DNA from: an uncultured Rikenellaceae bacterium
GTDB lineage: Bacteria > Bacteroidota > Bacteroidia > Bacteroidales > VadinHA17
DNA length: 64,000 bases
Direction: 5' to 3'
Assembly (NCBI GenBank): GCA_964638955.1
Contig: CAZWZQ010000002.1
Span: 2,883-66,882, forward strand
Position 1 is the first letter of the stretch. Every line of letters begins with the position of its first letter. Both the position numbers and the translations under genes were made by a program. Positions 28,560 to 39,100 of the stretch are shown in pieces. Below the pieces are notes generated by a model that made no database searches, was not told the origin of the DNA, and was given only the letters and a program-made list of their open reading frames with translations.

Positions 28560-29891
28560 TTGAAAACATTTCCCACAGGTGGAGTTCATCCGCCCGAAAA
28601 CAAGCTGACAGCAGGTAGTGAGATACGGCATCTGCCTCTTCCGTCAAATGTTGCAATACCTGTAAGCCAGCATATCGGTACTCCTGCCTCAATTATAGTT
28701 AACAAGGATGACAGGGTAAAAACAGGTCAGGTGATAGCTGTAAGCAAGGGATTTGTTTCATCAAACATACATTCATCAGTATCAGGTAAGGTTAATAAAA
28801 TTGACGCTGTACTGGATACAACCGGATATAAGCAGACAGCCGTTTTTATTAATGTTGAGGGAGATGAATGGTCTGAGACCATTGACAGGAACGATGAAAT
28901 AGTAACAGAAATAAAGCTATCGCCTGAAGAGATAGTAAAGAAATGTCTGGAATCGGGGATCGTAGGGCTAGGCGGGGCCACATTCCCTTCTCATGTTAAG
29001 CTCACCATACCCTCGGGAAAACGATGTGACCTGCTGATAATTAATGGAGTTGAGTGCGAACCTTATCTAACATCCGACCATCGTCTGATGCTCGAAAGAG
29101 GTGAAGAGATCCTTATTGGTGTTACAATCCTTATGAAGGCTCTCAGGGTTGATAAAGCCATGATAGGCATCGAAAGCAATAAGCCCGATGCCATAGATCA
29201 TCTTACAAAGCTTGTAAAAGCATTTCAGGGGATAACAGTATATGCACTTAAGGTTAAATATCCGCAGGGTGCTGAAAAACAGCTAATAAAGGCTCTCACT
29301 AAAAGGGAGGTTCCTTCAGGACGCCTGCCTATCGATGTTAATACTGTTGTACATAATGTAGGTACCGCTTTTGCAGTATATGAGGCTGTTCAGAAAAACA
29401 AGCCTCTCTTTGAAAGAGTAGTTACAATTACCGGGAAATCTGTTTTAAATCCGGGTAATTATTTCGTAAGGATCGGCACACCGGTGAAAGACCTTATCGA
29501 AGCTGCCGGAGGCCTTCCCGATGATACAGGAAAGATTGTATCGGGCGGCCCGATGATGGGTAAAGCTCTCAGCAGTACAGAAGTACCTGTGGTCAAGGGT
29601 ACTTCAGGAATTATTTTGTTCCCATCAAACGAGTCGAAGCGGATAAACTCAATGCCATGTATAAGGTGTGCAAAATGCGTACAGGCATGCGCCCTCAACC
29701 TTGAACCATATTTACTGATGACTCTTTCCGAAATAGGACTCTTTGAAAGAGCTGAGAAAGAGAGAATAACTGACTGTATGGAATGCGGGTCATGCAGCTT
29801 TATTTGTCCTGCGGGAAGACCCCTGCTTGATTATATCCGGCTTGGGAAAGCAACTGTTATTAAGATGGCCCGTGAAAGGATATTAAAATAA
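28560..29891 (+). CDS. rnfC: Rnf complex subunit C
   Basis: 443 aa. It appears to use a TTG start, since an in-frame TAA lies 15 nt upstream and no ATG is available. Two 4Fe-4S motifs are present, CIRCAKCVQACA and CMECGSCSFICPA. Confidence 0.9.
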   Translation: MKTFPTGGVHPPENKLTAGSEIRHLPLPSNVAIPVSQHIGTPASIIVNKDDRVKTGQVIAVSKGFVSSNIHSSVSGKVNKIDAVLDTTGYKQTAVFINVEGDEWSETIDRNDEIVTEIKLSPEEIVKKCLESGIVGLGGATFPSHVKLTIPSGKRCDLLIINGVECEPYLTSDHRLMLERGEEILIGVTILMKALRVDKAMIGIESNKPDAIDHLTKLVKAFQGITVYALKVKYPQGAEKQLIKALTKREVPSGRLPIDVNTVVHNVGTAFAVYEAVQKNKPLFERVVTITGKSVLNPGNYFVRIGTPVKDLIEAAGGLPDDTGKIVSGGPMMGKALSSTEVPVVKGTSGIILFPSNESKRINSMPCIRCAKCVQACALNLEPYLLMTLSEIGLFERAEKERITDCMECGSCSFICPAGRPLLDYIRLGKATVIKMARERILK

Positions 29892-29911
29892 TTATTCTAT
29901 AATTCCAGTAA

Positions 29912-30913
29912 ATGAGCAACCTATTAAGCGTTTCACCTTCACCCCATGCTCACGGGAAAGAGACCACAAGAAAACTGATGACAGGAGTAATAGTGGCTCT
30001 CCTGCCTGCCCTTTTCACATCAGTATTTTATTTCGGCTATGGTGCTGTGATAGTAACAGCCACATCAGTTATATCGTGCGTTGTTTTTGAATACCTCATA
30101 CAGAGATTTATATTCAAAAAACCAACTACAATAACAGACGGATCTGCGATAGTTACAGGTCTCTTACTGGCTTTCAACGTGCCGTCAAACCTGCCCGTTT
30201 ACATAATTATTATCGGTAGTTTTGTCTCTATAGCTATTGCAAAAATGACCTTTGGCGGACTGGGGAACAATCCTTTTAATCCAGCTCTTGTAGGCCGTGT
30301 TTTTATGTTAATATCATTTCCCGTACAGATGACTACCTGGCCTGTACCTGCAGGATTGAATACCGCCTATACTGATGCCGTTACAGGTGCAACACCCCTG
30401 GCTATTATAAAGGAAGGACTTAAAAATGGTGAATCGATATCACAGCTTGTGACTCAGATCCCGACTCCCTCGCAGATGTTCCTTGGCAACATGGGCGGTT
30501 CAATGGGTGAAGTTGCTGCCATAGCACTGCTTATAGGATTTGTGTGGCTGCTGGCAAGAAAAATTATCACCTGGCATATTCCGGTATCTGTTGTGGGCAG
30601 CATTGCCATTTTTACTGCAATCCTCTGGTTCATAAATCCGGAGAAAAATGCGGATCCGCTTTTCCATATCCTTGCCGGGGGGGTACTTCTTGGAGCCATC
30701 TTCATGGCCACTGATTATGTTACCTCACCCATGAATCCAAAAGCCATGTTGATTTATGGATGCGGTATTGGAATTCTTACTGTAATTATCAGAGTATGGG
30801 GCGCTTACCCCGAAGGAGTTTCGTTTGCAATCCTTATTATGAATGCATTTGTACCGCTGATGAATACTTATATTAAACCTGAAAGATTTGGGGAGGAGGT
30901 AAAAAATGGCTAA
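29912..30913 (+). CDS. rnfD: Rnf complex subunit D
   Basis: 333-aa polytopic membrane protein. NqrB/RnfD-like motifs include TDAVTGATPL. Confidence 0.9.
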   Translation: MSNLLSVSPSPHAHGKETTRKLMTGVIVALLPALFTSVFYFGYGAVIVTATSVISCVVFEYLIQRFIFKKPTTITDGSAIVTGLLLAFNVPSNLPVYIIIIGSFVSIAIAKMTFGGLGNNPFNPALVGRVFMLISFPVQMTTWPVPAGLNTAYTDAVTGATPLAIIKEGLKNGESISQLVTQIPTPSQMFLGNMGGSMGEVAAIALLIGFVWLLARKIITWHIPVSVVGSIAIFTAILWFINPEKNADPLFHILAGGVLLGAIFMATDYVTSPMNPKAMLIYGCGIGILTVIIRVWGAYPEGVSFAILIMNAFVPLMNTYIKPERFGEEVKNG

Positions 30914-31481
30914 GACCGAATCAACTCTCAAAAATATGGTACTGTCGCTTACTCTTGTAGCGCTTGGGGCATCAGCATGTCTTGGTTTTATCTATGAAAT
31001 TACCAAAGGTCCCATTGAAACAACCGCCCTTAACAAGAAACTGGATGCTATCAAGCTGGTTGTACCTGATTTTAATAATAATCCGGATGCCGAGATGTTC
31101 CGGCTGCCGACAGGCGATGGGGATAGTCTCGATATTTATCCGGCAAAAAATGACAGTGTGCTTATCGGCTATGCCGTCAACACCTACACAAACAACGGGT
31201 TCAGCGGGAATATTACCATGATGGCCGGATTTAAAACTGACGGCACAATCATCAATATAACCGTTCTCAAACATAAAGAGACTCCCGGGCTGGGTACCAA
31301 GATGACTGAGCCTGAGTTTAAAGATCAATTCATGAATAAAAATCCGAGAGAATTCAGTCTTGTAGTAGATAAGGACGGGGGACCGGTTGATGCCATAACT
31401 GCCGCTACAATAAGTTCCAGGGCATTCTGTGATGCCATACAACGTGCATATAACACGCTGCAGAAAGGAGGTCAGGAATGA
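30906..31481 (+). CDS. rnfG: Rnf complex subunit G (FMN-binding)
   Basis: 191 aa. The FMN attachment region reads [13 protein letters not shown]. It overlaps rnfD by 8 nt. Confidence 0.9.
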   Translation: MAKTESTLKNMVLSLTLVALGASACLGFIYEITKGPIETTALNKKLDAIKLVVPDFNNNPDAEMFRLPTGDGDSLDIYPAKNDSVLIGYAVNTYTNNGFSGNITMMAGFKTDGTIINITVLKHKETPGLGTKMTEPEFKDQFMNKNPREFSLVVDKDGGPVDAITAATISSRAFCDAIQRAYNTLQKGGQE

Positions 31482-32059
31482 ACCAGTTACAAAACTTTAC
31501 AAAAGGCTTCTTTAAGGAGAATCCCCTCCTTGTCCTGGTATTGGGCTGCTGCCCTGCCCTGGCCACAACCTCTTCGGCATTCAACGGCCTCGGTATGGGA
31601 ATTGCAACAACATTTGTACTTCTGGGATCAAATACGGTTATTTCTCTTCTTTCGAATGTCATCCCCAACAAGGTCAGAATCCCGGCATTTATCATAGTTA
31701 TTGCCTCATTTGTTACAATTGTCGACCTCGTTATGCAGGCTTTTGTGCCTGAATTGTATGAAACCCTGGGAATATTCATTCCGCTGATAGTTGTAAACTG
31801 CATTGTACTGGGCCGGGCAGAGGCATTTGCAAGCAAGAATTCCCTGCTCTCCTCGGTTATTGACGGCATGGGAATGGGTCTCGGCTTTACCATGGCTCTG
31901 GTAATTTTGGGATCCATACGTGAAATATTGGGAAGCGGGGCACTGTTTGGATACAAATTCATCAGTGGTGACGGCATCCTGGTATTTATCCTTGCGCCCG
32001 GAGCTTTCATAGCACTGGGATACATGATAGCTTTAATAAACCGGTTAAGAAAAACCTAA
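31478..32059 (+). CDS. rnfE: Rnf complex subunit E
   Basis: 193-aa RnfE/NqrD-like membrane protein ([16 protein letters not shown]). It overlaps rnfG by 4 nt. Confidence 0.9.
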   Translation: MNQLQNFTKGFFKENPLLVLVLGCCPALATTSSAFNGLGMGIATTFVLLGSNTVISLLSNVIPNKVRIPAFIIVIASFVTIVDLVMQAFVPELYETLGIFIPLIVVNCIVLGRAEAFASKNSLLSSVIDGMGMGLGFTMALVILGSIREILGSGALFGYKFISGDGILVFILAPGAFIALGYMIALINRLRKT

Positions 32060-32071
32060 AAAGAGACTGAC

Positions 32072-32647
32072 ATGGAATATATATTAATTATAATATCAGC
32101 TGTACTGATCAACAATATAGTTCTTGCCCAGTTCCTGGGTATCTGTCCCTTTCTGGGGGTTTCGAACAAGGTTAATACTGCTCTGGGTATGGCGGGAGCG
32201 GTAACATTCGTTATGGTCCTTGCTTCAATAGTAACATATCTTATTCAGGTTTATATACTTGATAAACTGGGTATTGGATTTATGCAGACAATAACCTTTA
32301 TCCTGGTTATAGCATCCCTGGTCCAGATGGTTGAGATAATTCTGAAAAAGATCAGCCGGCCTCTTTACCAGGCACTCGGTATTTACCTTCCGCTTATAAC
32401 TACCAATTGCGCTGTGTTGGGTGTTGCAATACTTATCATTAAGAAAGACTTCAATCTTCTTGAAGGCACAGTATTTGCCGCGGCAAATGCCATAGGATTC
32501 GGACTTGCCCTGGTAATTCTTGCCGGAATCAGGGAACAGCTTGAACTTGTTAACATCCCGAAGGCAATGAAAGGTGTCCCGGTTTCGCTGATCGTTGCAG
32601 GGATACTTGCCCTGGCTTTCATGGGGTTCACCGGAATAGTAAAATAA
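32072..32647 (+). CDS. rnfA: Rnf complex subunit A
   Basis: 191-aa RnfA/NqrE-like membrane protein (YLPLITTNCAVLGVA). Confidence 0.9.
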   Translation: MEYILIIISAVLINNIVLAQFLGICPFLGVSNKVNTALGMAGAVTFVMVLASIVTYLIQVYILDKLGIGFMQTITFILVIASLVQMVEIILKKISRPLYQALGIYLPLITTNCAVLGVAILIIKKDFNLLEGTVFAAANAIGFGLALVILAGIREQLELVNIPKAMKGVPVSLIVAGILALAFMGFTGIVK

Positions 32648-32684
32648 ATAACTACATTTGTCATTTTACCTTTATGTGTAATAA

Positions 32685-33245
32685 ATGACATTATCGGAGT
32701 ATTACCGGGTCCTTGGTTTACCGCTAAACTCTTCGGTTAACGATATAAAGAAAGCCTACAGGAAGAAAGCCCGCCTGTACCACCCCGACGTCAATCCTTC
32801 ATCCGACGCGCGCGATAAATTTATTCTTGCCACGGAAGCCTATGATTTCCTTATCGCCAACCACGATAAAATGATAAAAGATGAAGAATCATACCGGCAG
32901 GCAATGGAAAACTGGAGAAAATACAGACAGGACAGATCACGGCAACGTGCCCGTGCATACTCTCATGCATCATATGTCCGGTTTAAAAAGACTGAATTTT
33001 ATAAGACCACAAGAATATTTGACGGGACAACAATCATTTTCAGCCTGATCCTGTCAGTTACCATGGTTATTTATACGATCGCGGGATATATATACAGGCT
33101 GATCCATCCTCTTCCCGAACCGGAACAACCCTCAGTATTCGTTTTTATTCTCCTTCTGACAGTTGGTGTGGGATTTGTCGTGGTTTCGCTGATCTATCTC
33201 AAGGCCTACATCGAAACCTCAAAAAAACACAGAAAACAGGACTAA
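32685..33245 (+). CDS. J-domain (DnaJ-like) membrane protein
   Basis: 186 aa. The J domain reads [33 protein letters not shown] with the HPD tripeptide, followed by two C-terminal TM helices. Confidence 0.8.
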   Translation: MTLSEYYRVLGLPLNSSVNDIKKAYRKKARLYHPDVNPSSDARDKFILATEAYDFLIANHDKMIKDEESYRQAMENWRKYRQDRSRQRARAYSHASYVRFKKTEFYKTTRIFDGTTIIFSLILSVTMVIYTIAGYIYRLIHPLPEPEQPSVFVFILLLTVGVGFVVVSLIYLKAYIETSKKHRKQD

Positions 33246-33334
33246 TAGTATGGCACAATTTTTGGGCAATATTTATTTAAACCATACCATTTACTAATTA
33301 AGTCCGTTCTGATCATAAACTAACTGACAAAAAT

Positions 33335-34579
33335 ATGAAGCATAATATTTTAACAACCGTGGTGGTTCTTCTTTCAATACCCCTGTTATTAGTAGAATGT
33401 AGTAAAACTCCCGATGAAGTTTTACCTGAAGAACCTGTCTTAATAGATCTTACCTCAAACCAGATTTCGCTTATTGAATCAGAGAATTCATTTGCATTTG
33501 ATATTTTCAGGAAAGTAGTTGAAAATACAGAGCAGGCAGAAAACATAATAATCTCACCTCTGAGCATTTCCTACGCTCTCTCAATGACACTTAACGGAGC
33601 TGACGGTGCAACACGTGACTCAATGTTAATGGCCCTGAGAGTCAGTGGAATAACACCGGAAGAGATCAATAATTCATATAAAAAGCTTACTGAAGCCCTT
33701 CTTTCAGTCGATAAACGGGTTATCATGACAATTGCTAATTCTGTATGGACTAAGGAAGGTTTTCCTGTAAAAGAATCTTTTATTGATATACTTGAAACAT
33801 ATTATGATGCTGAATCACAGCAATTTGACATAAATAATCCGGAAACTCCTGATATAATTAATCAATGGATTGAAGATAACACTAATGGATTAATTAAAGA
33901 TATGATTGATGAATTGGAGCCGGATGTCGTAATGTTGTTAATTAATGCTATCTATTTCAAGGGAATATGGAAATATCAGTTCGAAGAAGGTGATACTGAT
34001 TACAAAACCTTTTATAAAACCGGAGATGAAAACATTGAAGTCCCGATGATGAACCAGGAAGTTGATTTAATGGTATATCGTGGTGAAAACTTCACACTTG
34101 CCGAACTTCCGTACGGTCAGGGTAATTTTGTGATGGATATCATACTGCCGGATGATCCTGATGGAATCAATAGAATCATACCGGTTATTACTGAAAGTTC
34201 TTTCAACAGCTGGATCAGCCAGGCATCGGAAACAAAGGCTGATATATATTTACCCAGGTTCAAGTATGATTATAAGAAAAAACTAAAGGATATTCTATCT
34301 GATATGGGCATGAGAATAGCCTTTTACCCGGGTGCGGATTTCACAAATATTGCAGATACAAACCTGAATATTCAGGAGGTCATTCATCAGGCATTTATTG
34401 AGACCAATGAGGAGGGAACAGAGGCTGCCGCTGCTACAGTTGTTATAATAGAATTATCATCAATACCATCCGGACCTCTCGTTTTTAATGCAGATCATCC
34501 CTTCATTTACATAATCAGAGAGACTACAACCAATTCCATTATCTTCATGGGCTGCGTGAATGATCCGCTGGCTGAATAA
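33335..34579 (+). CDS. Serpin family protease inhibitor, predicted lipoprotein
   Basis: 414 aa. The lipobox is LLLVECSKTP. The serpin hinge and reactive-centre loop reads EEGTEAAAATVVIIELSSIPSG, followed by FNADHPFIYIIRE and FMGCVNDP. Confidence 0.85.
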   Translation: MKHNILTTVVVLLSIPLLLVECSKTPDEVLPEEPVLIDLTSNQISLIESENSFAFDIFRKVVENTEQAENIIISPLSISYALSMTLNGADGATRDSMLMALRVSGITPEEINNSYKKLTEALLSVDKRVIMTIANSVWTKEGFPVKESFIDILETYYDAESQQFDINNPETPDIINQWIEDNTNGLIKDMIDELEPDVVMLLINAIYFKGIWKYQFEEGDTDYKTFYKTGDENIEVPMMNQEVDLMVYRGENFTLAELPYGQGNFVMDIILPDDPDGINRIIPVITESSFNSWISQASETKADIYLPRFKYDYKKKLKDILSDMGMRIAFYPGADFTNIADTNLNIQEVIHQAFIETNEEGTEAAAATVVIIELSSIPSGPLVFNADHPFIYIIRETTTNSIIFMGCVNDPLAE

Positions 34580-34664
34580 ATAAGACCGAGTGATTTTTTT
34601 CTGCCTTTACATATGGGAATTGGCTTTATCTTCCTGCTAATCGGTGTACCCGTTTTTCTCGTAT

Positions 34665-35048
34665 TCAGAAAGATTCACCGATTTTGATGAAATTGAAAGG
34701 TACCCTGAGGATTAAAGAAAAATATTCTCCCCTTTCAAGAATATCTTCGTCACCTTCCTCATAATACCAGTTATAAACACACCTTCCGTTTTTCAGAGCC
34801 ACCCTCTTCATCATTTCCAGCAGATGTATAAATACCTTGGCACTTGCGCTGTTGAAATATTCAAGGTTCATATCAACCCGGGTCAGCTCTGCCGGTTCTT
34901 CAACATACGAGTCTATCCAGCTTTCGACAGGTGCAAAGAATTCAGCCACATTCTCATGTATTGAACGCCCGCTGATCTGAAGTGAACCCTCGGGACTCAA
35001 TATTATTTCTGGCGTATTCTTCCCCGGTGAAATCCTTAGCTCCTGCAT
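34665..35048 (-). CDS. DUF1987 / SiaC-like protein
   Basis: 127 aa: PGKNTPEIILSPEGSLQISGRSIHENVAEFFAPVESWI...LEYFNSASAKVFIHLL, matching the remembered DUF1987 pattern. Confidence 0.7.
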   Translation of the reverse strand: MQELRISPGKNTPEIILSPEGSLQISGRSIHENVAEFFAPVESWIDSYVEEPAELTRVDMNLEYFNSASAKVFIHLLEMMKRVALKNGRCVYNWYYEEGDEDILERGEYFSLILRVPFNFIKIGESF

Positions 35049-35106
35049 TTAGAATTATTTGCTCCCAATTTAATTAAATAAAATAAATTCTTCAATTATT
35101 TTCCGC

Positions 35107-36120
35107 TTATAATCTTGCAAGAGGAGTAATGTCCTGTCCGGCAAACTCTCCTCTAAGATACTTATAATAACCAGTAATTCCAATCATTGCAGCATTATCG
35201 GTTGTAAAATCGACAGCCGGGATGAAGAGAGCCCATCCCCTCTTTTCCGCCTCTGCCCTGACAGCATCTCTCAATCCTGAATTTGCTGACACACCCCCTG
35301 CAATACCAATCTGTTTTATCCCTGTTTCCAATGAGGCTTTTACCAGTTTGACGGTAAGTATGTCTACTATTGTATACTGGAGTGAAGCACAAAGATCTGC
35401 TTTGTTCTTCTCAATGAAGTCACTATCCTCCTTCAGCCTGTCCCTGAGAAAATAGAGAAAACTGGTCTTTAATCCGCTGAAGCTGAAATTGAGGCCTTTC
35501 ACCGATGGTTTTGCAAATTTAAAGGCTTTCCTATTTCCCTCAGATGCCTGCCTGTCTATTACCGGTCCTGCAGGATAAGGAAAACCCATCAGCTTTCCGC
35601 ATTTGTCAAATGCCTCACCGGCCGCATCATCTATGGTATTTCCCAGAACTTCCATATCGAGGTAGCTTTTCATCAGCACTATCCGGGTATGTCCCCCTGA
35701 AACAAGAAGGCACAGGAAAGGAAATGAAGGGACATTGTCCTCGCGACCTTTTATCCTTATAAAATGTGCCAGAACATGTGCATGCAAATGGTTGACTTCG
35801 ATAAGGGGAATGCCAAGGGAAAGAGCAAATCCCTTCGCGAATGAAGCACCGACAAGAAGAGATCCCAGGAGTCCGGGTCCGCGGGTAAAAGCTACTGCAC
35901 TGATATCGCTTATACCTGTTCCTGAACGTTTTAAAGCCTCATCAATGACAGGAACAATGTTTGCCTGGTGGGCCCGGGATGCAAGCTCGGGCACAACCCC
36001 TCCATACGATCTGTGCACCTCCTGCCCGGCGATCAGGTTGGAAAGAACATATCCATCCCTGATTACAGCTGCGGAAGTATCATCGCACGAAGACTCTATG
36101 GCTAAAATTGTTACTGGCAT
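35107..36120 (-). CDS. tsaD: tRNA N6-adenosine threonylcarbamoyltransferase
   Basis: 337 aa. Motifs seen: ILAIESSCDDTSAAV, the metal-site HLHAHVLAHF, and GGVSANSGLR. Confidence 0.95.
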   Translation of the reverse strand: MPVTILAIESSCDDTSAAVIRDGYVLSNLIAGQEVHRSYGGVVPELASRAHQANIVPVIDEALKRSGTGISDISAVAFTRGPGLLGSLLVGASFAKGFALSLGIPLIEVNHLHAHVLAHFIRIKGREDNVPSFPFLCLLVSGGHTRIVLMKSYLDMEVLGNTIDDAAGEAFDKCGKLMGFPYPAGPVIDRQASEGNRKAFKFAKPSVKGLNFSFSGLKTSFLYFLRDRLKEDSDFIEKNKADLCASLQYTIVDILTVKLVKASLETGIKQIGIAGGVSANSGLRDAVRAEAEKRGWALFIPAVDFTTDNAAMIGITGYYKYLRGEFAGQDITPLARL

Positions 36121-36182
36121 GAATGCTTTGATTTTCGGTATATTTTAGGTTATTTTGATCTATGATTTTTTAACCGTTGTAA

Positions 36183-39100
36183 ATGGTCAAAAGTATTAAA
36201 AAATCAGTTAAGTATATTCTCATTTTCCTCGGGATAATCATAACTCTTCCGACAATATTTTATTTTATCCTGCGAGTGCCTGTGGTGCAAACAATGCTTG
36301 TCAGAAGGATCACCGATCATATCTCGGAAGAGACCAGATCGTCGATAATGATTGGGAAAGTCGAATTTCATTTCTTTAACAGGTTGTACATGAATGACAT
36401 ACTGATTAAAGACCAGAACAACGACACACTTATTTATTCCCAAAAAATTTCAGCGGGCATAAGAAAAATTGACTTTAGGAAAAAAGCATTCAGACTGGGA
36501 AGGGTAGTCATTGACAGTCCTGTTGTTTCTTTTGCAGCGGACTCTGCCGGTACTCTAAACATAATGTGGTATATTGATAAGCTGAGGGCACCAAATGATA
36601 CTCTGAAAAAAGGGAAGAATACAATCGATATCAATCAGATTGATATCAACAACGCAAGGTTTTCGCTTGTAACCGATAAAGGTGCTAAGAGTAAAGCCCC
36701 AATAGATCTCCGTAATCTTCATCTTGCTGATATCAACTGTATCCTGGAGGGCTTTAGTATAAAGGATGATACAACTTCTTTCAATATTTATAACCTGGGG
36801 TTCAGGGAATCCGGAGGATTCAAGGTAAAGAGAATGAACAGCGCTCTTATCCTTTCCAGAAATTATATCCGCTTCAATTCCGCTTTCATGGAGTGCGACA
36901 GCACAATTTTGAATATCTCCCATGCAGGTATGAAAGTTGATTCATCCTCTTCTTTCAGAAATTTCATCAATGATGTCCGGCTCGACATTTTACTTGACAG
37001 ATCTATGGTCGGCTTTTCCGATCTGCAGTATTTTGCTCCCTTTGTCAGCAAAATAAATGAGTCGGTTTGGATATCAGGCAAAATCCTGGGCACCATATCT
37101 GAATTAAGAGGCAGGAATATTGAAGTGTCCTGCCTTGATGACACATATCTCGACTGTGATTTTGATTTCTCAGGGCTTCCTGAAATTGAAAACTCCTTTA
37201 TTTATTTCGGCATTAATGATTTCAGGTCCAATGCAGAAGACATTGAAAAAGTAAACATCTCCGGGAACGGACCTGTGAAACTTCCTGATTTCATTCATAA
37301 GCTGGGTACTATATCCTTCGACGGGACCTTTACAGGTTTTACAACTGATTTTGTCGCGTATGGAAAGATCCGGTCAGATCAGGGTCTATTGAAAACTGAC
37401 ATTTCAATGAGACCGGAGGAATCAAACAGATTCAGAGTCAATGGTTTAATAACAGCAAGCGATATAGCCCTGGGTTACCTTTTAGAACAACCCGAAATGA
37501 TGGGGAACCTCAGCATGAATGCCAATATTGACGGGATTGCCTATTCTCTGAAAAGGTTCTCAGGTGATCTGTCAGGACTTATCGACAGTATAGAAATAAA
37601 CAATTATAAATACCGCAATATTGGACTGAACGGCTCTTTTACCGAAAAGACCTGGGATGGCAGTGTTAATATCTCTGAAAACAATATCAGGATGGATCTA
37701 CTGGGAATGTTCAATTTCAACAGGGAACTGCCTGAATTTGATTTTACACTGAACCTGGCAAACGCTGATCTTTATAAGCTTAATTTTGATAAAACCGATA
37801 CTACATCATCACTGTCAATGTTGCTTACAGCTAACATTAAAGGAAGTAATATCGATAACGTTGACGGTGAAATCAAGCTTCTTAATTCCAGTCTGAAAAA
37901 ATATGGTAATATCCTTGAGCTTTATAATTTCTCTATTAATACCTTCATTGAAAATGAGCTTCCTGCAATCAGCCTCCGGACCGACTATATTGACGCCGAC
38001 CTGAGAGGGTATTACGATTTCAGCGGTTTGGGCGCAATGTTTAAAAAAACTTTATCATCAGTTATGCCGTCTCATTTTAACGAGCCTGTCCCAGACAGTG
38101 ATGATTTACCCAATTATTTCACATTCAATATCAACTTCAAAAACACTGATAAGCTGAATAGTTTCTTCAAGACAGGACTCCTTATATCTGAAAACAGTTA
38201 TCTGAACGGCGAAATATTAACTGACAGCATAATGAAGATAAAGGGTGAAGCCAAAGCCCTCAGTATTGGGAGTAATACTTTTAATGACCTTAAAATTGAA
38301 GGAAACCTTATTGTACCGGGACTCTATTTAGGATTAGAAAGTTCTTCACTGAATTTACTGGGACAATCTGATCTTAAAGGATTTACGGTTAATCTTAATT
38401 CAATATCAGATACTTTGCTTTTTAACCTCAACTGGGATAATGAGGAGAAAATACTTAACAGGGGAAATTTCACGGCAAGCGGTATTATCTCTGATAATAT
38501 AAATAATGATCCTTTTCTTATTATTGATATAGATTCCTCCGCCATTTATACCCATAATAATTTATGGAAAATAAGCCGCTCTATCATAGCTCTTGATTCA
38601 ACATCAATAAATATAAACAATCTGAATATCAGCAATAAAGCTCATCACTTTCTTATTGATGGCACGGTATCTGAAGATCCTGCCGATACTCTTCACATTG
38701 AATTCGAAGGAATAGATATTTCTCCTCTTAATGTACTGGCAGGGAAGAAAAAAGAAAACGACAGAATACCTATGGGATTAAAAGGAAACCTTAATGGCAA
38801 TATAGTATTTACAAATAATTATAATAATCCGCTTTTGGAAAGTGATCTTAAGGTAAGCGATTTCTCGATGCTTGATAGTGATTACGGAGATCTGTCAGTC
38901 AAGTCAGTGTGGGACCATGAGAACGGACTATTAAATATCGATGCAGGGAATAACCTGGGCGGGGAAAAAATGCTCGGCATCACAGGATCGTACAACCCGG
39001 CTACCAGGAAGATAAATCTCGACGGTATGGCTGACAAGCTGCCAATTGATGGCATGAATCGTCTGCTCGGTGTGTTTGCATCAGACATCAAAGGAACAGT

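Noticed and set aside
31405-32025. 206-aa minus-strand ORF
   Set aside because: It is fully antisense to rnfG/rnfE, which carry unmistakable Rnf motifs. Its translation is Pro/Arg/Ser-rich, typical of the antisense of a membrane-protein gene.
32659-32690. 8-bp inverted repeat (TGTCATTT ... AAATGACA) whose distal arm covers the J-domain gene start codon
   Set aside because: It is AT-rich with a 16-nt loop and therefore probably unstable. Coincidence is more likely than a translational switch.
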